From a virus (lineage: Duplodnaviria; Heunggongvirae; Uroviricota; Caudoviricetes), in the IMG/VR virus record IMGVR_UViG_3300029544_000001: a stretch of 64,000 nucleotides of DNA, one strand, 5' to 3'. This document shows, one piece after another, positions 57,800-64,000 of this stretch. Below the pieces are notes generated by a model that was not told where the DNA came from, made no database searches, and saw only the letters and a list, made by a program, of their open reading frames with translations. The translations under genes were made by a program, and so were the position numbers. Every line of letters starts with the position of its first letter. The stretch's first letter is position 1.

Positions 57800-58186
57800 A
57801 TGGAAAATGTAAACGAAGACCTTTTCTTGCCTGAAGATATTCAGACCGAGATTGAAAAGAAAGTAAAAGAGCTGAAAGATTCAGATCCCAAACTAAAACG
57901 TGTATTCCCGATTTTTGTGGAAGGAGATGAAGACGAAGGCGAAAAGCCATATTATATCGGTTATTTTAAACAGCCGCCTTTCCCGACATTCAGTAAATAT
58001 TTGTCCCTCTCCCAAAAGGACCAGGCCGGTGCCATGCGAGAATTGGCAAAAGATTGCTTTGTCGATGGCGATAAAGAACTGATTAAAGATGATTCCTTAT
58101 TCATCTATGGCTTGATGCCACATCTGGCTCAAATCATCGAGTTGCGCAAAGGAAAACTCGTAAATTTATCAAAAGCTGGGAAGTAA
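57800..58186 (+). CDS. tail assembly chaperone (gpG-like)
   Basis: 128 aa between the tube and tape measure genes. Confidence 0.45.
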   Translation: MENVNEDLFLPEDIQTEIEKKVKELKDSDPKLKRVFPIFVEGDEDEGEKPYYIGYFKQPPFPTFSKYLSLSQKDQAGAMRELAKDCFVDGDKELIKDDSLFIYGLMPHLAQIIELRKGKLVNLSKAGK

Positions 58187-58359
58187 AAGACGATCAACTT
58201 ATTCGTCATAGACTGATATTTATCCGTCATTATTTTCCCAGCGTAAACCTTGATGAGTTAAACGATGAAGAATTTGCAATGCTTTCTGAAGATGCCGTAT
58301 GGCTCCACAGCAAAATGCTCATAACTCAACAAGCAAGTGCACTTGGAATGCTTGCGTAA
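58169..58359 (+). other. -1 frameshift extension (gpGT-like): slippery A_AAA_G at 58171-58175, -1 frame open to 58359
   Basis: -1 frame reads IKSWEVKDDQLIRHRLIFIRHYFPSVNLDELNDEEFAMLSEDAVWLHSKMLITQQASALGMLA then stop. Confidence 0.4.
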
Positions 58360-58388
58360 AGTGTCTTATTACTCGTTTTTTCTACGTA

Positions 58389-58422
58389 GCCCTTTATCCT
58401 CTGTCGGATAAGGGGCTTTTTC
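58389..58422 (+). terminator. intrinsic terminator or attenuator between the chaperone and tape measure genes
   Basis: GCCCTTTATCC-tctgtcg-GGATAAGGGGC+T5, one mismatch in the stem. Confidence 0.45.
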
Positions 58423-58474
58423 AATCTTTCAGGGTACCAAACCGCTATTCTTTAGAAAATCAAAATACAAAAAG

Positions 58475-61400
58475 ATGGCAGAAAATTATATTGTTAATTA
58501 TCAGATAAACGTTAACTCTAATCCAGCTTTAGAGTCTATACGTAAATTTCAGCAGGCCACAGCTGAAATGGAAGCATTAACAAAGCGATTTGATGTTGTT
58601 GCAAAAAGCATCGGTAAGGTTAATTCAGCATTGGCTTCTATTAAAACTAAGCCTATCAATATACAGATTAACACAAGCGCGGCAGAAGCTAGTTTAGAAC
58701 GTGTTTTAAAGCAACTAAGCAATATTAAATCACAGGCTAAGACTGCATTAGGTAAACCTTTATATTCAACTTCGGATATAAAGAAATTGGATCAAGCTAT
58801 TAGTTCTATAAATGGTAAAACGATCAATCCAAAGGCTAATACAGAAAGAGCAATAAGTAGTCTTGATAAGTTAATACAGAAAATAGAACAGATTAAGTCG
58901 AATAGTAAAATAACCATTACAGCCAGTGCCGCTGGCGCATCTAAGGGGGTATCTGGTAGTACAACTAGAAATACGACTTCCACTTCAACACGACAGACTG
59001 GAGCAGGACGAAGTACTTATCTGTATCCATCTACTCGGCAAGTATTAGGTCCAACATACGCCAACACAGGTACAAATGTTGCAGGCGAAATGATTAAGGG
59101 TATGGGAATTGCCTATGGGCTTAGCTCTTTAATGTCTGGGGTAACTTCTGTATTTAGAGATGCTTCTACCTATGATAATATAGCCAAAACGACAAAAAAT
59201 ATCCTCCAAACTCACGATAAAGGTGTAGGGTTTGAAGGTCGGTTTAATGAAATGAACCAACTCATGCGCCAAGTCGGTGTTGAGACTAAATATACAGCCC
59301 CACAAGTTGCATCAGCTGGAAAATTCTTAGCTATGGCAGGATTTAATGTCGATCAAATAAAACATGCCATCCGGCCTATATCAGATATTGCACTTGTAGG
59401 TGATACAGACTTGGGAGAAACAGCGGATGTTGTAACAAACATTATGACCGCTTATGAAATCCCAGCAAAACAAATGGATAACACAGCAGACATTCTTACG
59501 ATGACGTTCACAAAAACGAATACAACATTGTTAGAATTAGCTGAATCATTTAAATATGCCGGTACTGTCGCCCATCAATCAGGGTTAGATTTTGAAACTG
59601 CTTCGGCAGCTTTTGGTGTATTAGGCGATGCCGGTATCAAAGGTTCTCACGCAGGTACTACGTTACGTATGATGCTATTAAATATGATGAACCCTACTAA
59701 AAGAGGTCAAGAAGCATGGGACATATTAGGCATCAACACAAAAGATAAAAACGGAAATCTTCGGAATCTCTCAGACATTTTAAGTGATTTACATGAAAAA
59801 CAGCAAACCATGAGTGCTGGTGATTTCTCAACACTAATCAACAAGATGTTTCGGGTAACAGCGGCTCCAGGTGCACTAGCATTAATAAATAATGTAGCAA
59901 AAATGCAAGAAGTAACCGGACTCAATAAAAAGTCAATGGGGCTTGCATCCGACCTTGCCGACGAAAAGAAAAACACCATACAGGGTCTTTGGTATCAGAT
60001 GACCTCAGCATTTACAGAAACTGGAATGCAAGGGTTTGAACAAATGCAAGGAGTAATCCGAGACTTCCTGCAACGCATGATTGAGTTAATGAAATCCACA
60101 GAATTTGCAACTGCATTGAGAAATGCAATGGACATGTTCATTAAACTATTAAATGTTGTAGTCAGTGTTTTTAAACAAATAATGACTTTTTGGAATCTTT
60201 TGCCCAATTGGGCAAAAGATGGTATTGTATGGTTTGTAAAAATTCAAATGACATTAGGGGTTATTGCTGGCATTGGACAAAGTATATTAAGTACATGGAT
60301 AATGATTCGAGGTGTAATGATGGGTTCATGGCTGTCTACTATTATATCCAAATTCACTTTTTTATTCAGAACAATTCACAATGGATACAAATACTTTTTA
60401 CTATCGCGAGCCTTGGGTAATGGTGTTGGCTCTTCTGTAATTAATGCTATAGGCACGAGGACCACCAGTGCTATTGTTGCCACAGGAGTTACAGCAAATG
60501 CCAATGGATTTACAGCATTAAGTGCAGCATCTGGGTTATTAAGAGGATTATTTACTACTCCAATAGGTTGGATGATAGGAGCCGTTACTGTCTTAGGAAC
60601 ATTGGTTTATAAAATATATCAAGCACATAAAGCTACAGAGGCTGCTCGTCAAGCCAATGAAGCATGGGCACAAAGCTATCGTAATTTGAATATTGACAAG
60701 TTAAATCTATCCGATCCAGATGCCTTAATGATTGGAAATATGCGTATTTTCAATAATGAATTGTTAACCCAAAACGAGCGTATCGCCCAGTCTACCGAAT
60801 TATGGCATCGTTACTGGATAGAAAAGAATGGTCCCAAACAAAGTGTAGACGACCAAACCAAATTCTTTGACACAGCCGCAGGTAGAGACCCGGAATTACT
60901 AAAACGATTAGAAGCCGCAGACCAATGGACAGGTGTAGATAAAGCCTTCCAGTCATTATCCGGCGCACTGGGAATGAAACAGACTGTCAAAAAAGGTCTG
61001 AACGGTGAAAATTATTATGCGTATGAGTTACATGGCCGTACTTTAAGTGGAACGAATACAAATGTTTTTGCAAGAAACGGAGATATAAGCGAACAAGTGG
61101 CCGTCCAAATGATGCTGGCCCAATTAGCAGACCATAATTCTAAAGAGAATATGGCTTTGAGCAAATATCTTTTGCATAACGCTGTGTCTGCTAATAGTTC
61201 AGAAGATTTATCAAGAATATTAGACAATGCAGCAGAGCGTTTTATACCTAAGATGAATAGTTGGGATTCTCGATGGGACTGGATTAGCACAGAAACATTC
61301 CATGACGAGATGACTGAAGGTGATGTGCATCGTTCACAAGCATATATCCGGCACCTTATGCAAATTATGCAGAAAACAATAAATACATGGAATGATTTTG

Positions 61401-62158
61401 CTTCTGTGTTAAAAGATGCCGATGCAGGAAAGACTATTGATCCAATGAAGATCCAAACTGTATTGCAAAACCGTTTCGGACTTTTGTTTGATACTAAAGC
61501 TGGTCTATTTGGAACTGAAGGATGGTTGAAGTATGTACAGGATATATACAATAACCCCTCTAAATTTGGATTACCTGAAAAATCTAATGTTAAAGAAATT
61601 TCCGGTCATATCACAAAAACATTTGATGATATTTTAGCCTTTTACAATGAACTTGATGTTAAATACAAACCACTTTTCGCCCCATTTATAAATAGATCTT
61701 CTTTCCAAAATATACTTAAAAATGGGTACGAACTTCCTACGGGCGGTTTTTATGGTCCACAGAAAGAAGGTGATAAAGCGATTTTTGACGGGGCACAGTA
61801 TATAGCTAAAACAATAGCTCCATACGCTACTCCACAGTGGGTAGATAAAAGTGGGAAAATATATACCCCTAAAAATGCTAAAGATACATTTAAGTGGGAC
61901 CCTACGGCTGGTAACAAAGAGCAAGATTTAGCCTCCAGCCTTCATAACGGAGCCGACCAGTCTCAATATAGGAGTCATAATAATTATAATGCAGCTCCTA
62001 AACAATTAATAGTACGAATAGAAAATCTAATGCGCGTGGATCATCAAACAATTGATATGACAGATGATAGACAAGTTGCGGCAATAACAAACGTAAAACA
62101 AGAATTAGCAACCGCCTTGTTAGATGTAGTTCAAGATTTTAATGCAAATATGATGTAA
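58475..62158 (+). CDS. tail tape measure protein
   Basis: 1227 aa; conserved TMP core (GVETKYTAPQVASAGKFLAMAGF ... TADVVTNIMTAYEI); helical with hydrophobic segments. Confidence 0.8.
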   Translation: MAENYIVNYQINVNSNPALESIRKFQQATAEMEALTKRFDVVAKSIGKVNSALASIKTKPINIQINTSAAEASLERVLKQLSNIKSQAKTALGKPLYSTSDIKKLDQAISSINGKTINPKANTERAISSLDKLIQKIEQIKSNSKITITASAAGASKGVSGSTTRNTTSTSTRQTGAGRSTYLYPSTRQVLGPTYANTGTNVAGEMIKGMGIAYGLSSLMSGVTSVFRDASTYDNIAKTTKNILQTHDKGVGFEGRFNEMNQLMRQVGVETKYTAPQVASAGKFLAMAGFNVDQIKHAIRPISDIALVGDTDLGETADVVTNIMTAYEIPAKQMDNTADILTMTFTKTNTTLLELAESFKYAGTVAHQSGLDFETASAAFGVLGDAGIKGSHAGTTLRMMLLNMMNPTKRGQEAWDILGINTKDKNGNLRNLSDILSDLHEKQQTMSAGDFSTLINKMFRVTAAPGALALINNVAKMQEVTGLNKKSMGLASDLADEKKNTIQGLWYQMTSAFTETGMQGFEQMQGVIRDFLQRMIELMKSTEFATALRNAMDMFIKLLNVVVSVFKQIMTFWNLLPNWAKDGIVWFVKIQMTLGVIAGIGQSILSTWIMIRGVMMGSWLSTIISKFTFLFRTIHNGYKYFLLSRALGNGVGSSVINAIGTRTTSAIVATGVTANANGFTALSAASGLLRGLFTTPIGWMIGAVTVLGTLVYKIYQAHKATEAARQANEAWAQSYRNLNIDKLNLSDPDALMIGNMRIFNNELLTQNERIAQSTELWHRYWIEKNGPKQSVDDQTKFFDTAAGRDPELLKRLEAADQWTGVDKAFQSLSGALGMKQTVKKGLNGENYYAYELHGRTLSGTNTNVFARNGDISEQVAVQMMLAQLADHNSKENMALSKYLLHNAVSANSSEDLSRILDNAAERFIPKMNSWDSRWDWISTETFHDEMTEGDVHRSQAYIRHLMQIMQKTINTWNDFASVLKDADAGKTIDPMKIQTVLQNRFGLLFDTKAGLFGTEGWLKYVQDIYNNPSKFGLPEKSNVKEISGHITKTFDDILAFYNELDVKYKPLFAPFINRSSFQNILKNGYELPTGGFYGPQKEGDKAIFDGAQYIAKTIAPYATPQWVDKSGKIYTPKNAKDTFKWDPTAGNKEQDLASSLHNGADQSQYRSHNNYNAAPKQLIVRIENLMRVDHQTIDMTDDRQVAAITNVKQELATALLDVVQDFNANMM

Positions 62159-62159
62159 T

Positions 62160-63200
62160 ATGAGTTTTATAAGCTCTACATTTTCTAATTTAACGATTAA
62201 TGTTGGTAAAGGGCTGGCAAACACCGGTGTGAATGCCGCCTTTTATGCAGCTAATTATAGAAAAAGAGATGGACAATTGAAATTTATATCCAATAGAGGA
62301 TATAGTAATGTATTTGTTTATGCAGCCAAAAGAACGATGATGCAAATGACTTTTGCTACCATCAACGATCTTTATCCCAAATATATACGCCAGTTGGACA
62401 GAAAGAATGCCACCGCAGCCTATCAGAAGAACCAAGGTCAAGAGCTTCAGAAAATCATAACGAACGGTCAGAAGGCAGATGAAGATACCTTTAATAAACA
62501 AGGGGTTGTATTAAAGTATCAAGGTAAACCTGCCAATGAAGGTTTACTTCTTTGGATTAAAAATGAAAGCGGCCAGGTTCAAACGGTTCAATTCAATACT
62601 TATTGGGATAAAATAAAAGGATTGAGCAATGAAGCTGCTGCCAGTTCATCACTTAACACTGCTACGGAAGTAAAGGTGCCCGGCGATCCTGTTTTCTTAG
62701 ACTTAGGTGCTATAGTGCAAGCACAAAGTTCTAACAATCTTGTATTAACCAAGGTACAAGGAAGAGATTATTCACGTAAAGAATTGATTTCAGGAGGCGA
62801 TATAAATTTTACTGTAACAGGAAAGATTGTTAGCAATTATCCGGATGTATATCCGTATGCAGAAGTTTCCAAATTTATAACATTGATGCAACATAAAGGA
62901 GTTATCCAGGTATTTAATCTCATGTTTCAACAGTTCAATGTGACACAAATTCTGATAAAAGACTTCAATATGGGGCAAAATGAAGGCTTTAAGAATGTTC
63001 AACCATATAGTTTTACATGTGTTGCCGTTGAACCGGATGACGCGGTTAATGTAGTGCAAGATACCATAAATGGAACAAACCTTGAAATCTCTCAAATGAA
63101 AAAACAAGGTTGGGCCAAAGTTCTTCTTGATAAGGTTAAAGCATCTGCTGCTAATCAAGCCGCTCAAATGATTGAATCATTAACTTCTAACACCATTTAA
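62160..63200 (+). CDS. tail protein of unknown function
   Basis: 346 aa, 1-nt gap after the tape measure stop. Confidence 0.4.
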   Translation: MSFISSTFSNLTINVGKGLANTGVNAAFYAANYRKRDGQLKFISNRGYSNVFVYAAKRTMMQMTFATINDLYPKYIRQLDRKNATAAYQKNQGQELQKIITNGQKADEDTFNKQGVVLKYQGKPANEGLLLWIKNESGQVQTVQFNTYWDKIKGLSNEAAASSSLNTATEVKVPGDPVFLDLGAIVQAQSSNNLVLTKVQGRDYSRKELISGGDINFTVTGKIVSNYPDVYPYAEVSKFITLMQHKGVIQVFNLMFQQFNVTQILIKDFNMGQNEGFKNVQPYSFTCVAVEPDDAVNVVQDTINGTNLEISQMKKQGWAKVLLDKVKASAANQAAQMIESLTSNTI

Positions 63201-63202
63201 GT

Positions 63203-64000
63203 ATGAAACTTCCAGAAGCAATAATTATAGATGGTAAAGAATGCCTTGATATATTGTGCTGTAAAATCCTAATATGGGAAGCTAATAGTGACGTTATAGA
63301 AATTAACGATCCAGATGAAAATAAATGCCTTGTTATTCGGGAATGTGAAAGTATTGAGATAAACGATACTTATAAGAAACTTATTAATTCAGCTTCTGTC
63401 AGATTCCCAAGAGGAACCGTAATTAAACGCACTATAACTTCCGAGAACATAGAAAAAGAAGGTGCAACTACTGTTTATACAGAGCGTTTAATAGACGGTA
63501 CAGTTGTAGAAAAGCGAAAAGGATATTCGACAGCCCAGCCGACTGATTTTAAGGTAGGACAACGTATCCGGATATATTTAGGCTATTATAAAGATAGAGG
63601 AAAGGTCTTCAAAAATGCGACCGAGAGACTTCAGGCAATGGAGAAAGAGGCATTTGTCAAGAACGTTCCCGATTTTGACGGTTATATCGTAAAATGCAGT
63701 GTAAGCACACCTATTGAAATCAAATGTGAGAATCTGGCAAGTGGGCTAAAACGAAAAAATGTCGTTAAATTAGGCCCAATGACTGTTACAGTAAACGATT
63801 TGTTGAAAGAGGGAGGAAAATACGATTTATTAAAAGGAACAGGGTTAAAATTGCATCCCAAAACAGCAGAAAGGGACATTAATATTGGCAAGATTCAGTT
63901 AACGGAAGATTTGACAGTTGCGGATGTATTAACAGAATGGAATAAATACGGGCTATATAGTTTTATTAGGAAAGATACAGATGGAACTCCTTATGTTATG
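63203..64000 (+). CDS. tail or baseplate-associated protein, partial (runs off window)
   Basis: ATG at 63203, open to the window end. Confidence 0.4.
   Translation, partial: MKLPEAIIIDGKECLDILCCKILIWEANSDVIEINDPDENKCLVIRECESIEINDTYKKLINSASVRFPRGTVIKRTITSENIEKEGATTVYTERLIDGTVVEKRKGYSTAQPTDFKVGQRIRIYLGYYKDRGKVFKNATERLQAMEKEAFVKNVPDFDGYIVKCSVSTPIEIKCENLASGLKRKNVVKLGPMTVTVNDLLKEGGKYDLLKGTGLKLHPKTAERDINIGKIQLTEDLTVADVLTEWNKYGLYSFIRKDTDGTPYVM

Noticed and set aside
1-64000. CRISPR array
   Set aside because: No regularly spaced 25-40 bp direct repeats with unique spacers. The only tandem arrays are the 21-bp iterons inside an ORF and short protein-coding repeats.

Overview
AT-rich (~38% GC) Bacteroidales-type phage or prophage segment with three transcription blocks. 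(1) Positions 1-7440: an ISL3-family IS element (~218-1637) whose transposase is split across two overlapping ORFs; a few accessory genes including a NadM-type NMN adenylyltransferase; a minus-strand tRNA cluster (Cys-GCA, Asn-GTT, Leu-TAA, and a Met-CAT gene with an acceptor-stem lesion, plus a tRNA-like fragment); and a lipoprotein gene. (2) Positions ~7700-37355: a ~30 kb leftward block of mostly small early or accessory genes. It carries RNase H, duplicated regulatory cassettes, a class I SAM methyltransferase and an orphan C5-cytosine methyltransferase, a DUF1566-like protein with a GC-rich NNC-codon patch (candidate DGR variable region), a 422-aa reverse transcriptase next to an 850-bp structured non-coding region, paralogous small HTH genes, a very acidic protein and a J-domain protein. 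It is followed by a 1.7 kb non-coding region with a clustered TGGCA motif and a tRNA T-arm minihelix. (3) Positions 39103-48201: a block containing a putative replication initiator with two inverted iteron arrays inside its coding sequence, a catalytic-domain-only tyrosine recombinase, NAD-dependent DNA ligase and dUTPase. (4) Positions 48424 to the window end: a rightward Mu-like head module plus contractile-tail module (portal, Mu-F, protease/scaffold, capsid, sheath, tube, G/GT chaperone with -1 frameshift, tape measure). An antisense Abi_2-family abortive-infection gene is inserted between the tube and chaperone genes. No terminase, lysis cassette or CRISPR array was recognised. All function calls rest on motif recognition by eye, not on database searches.
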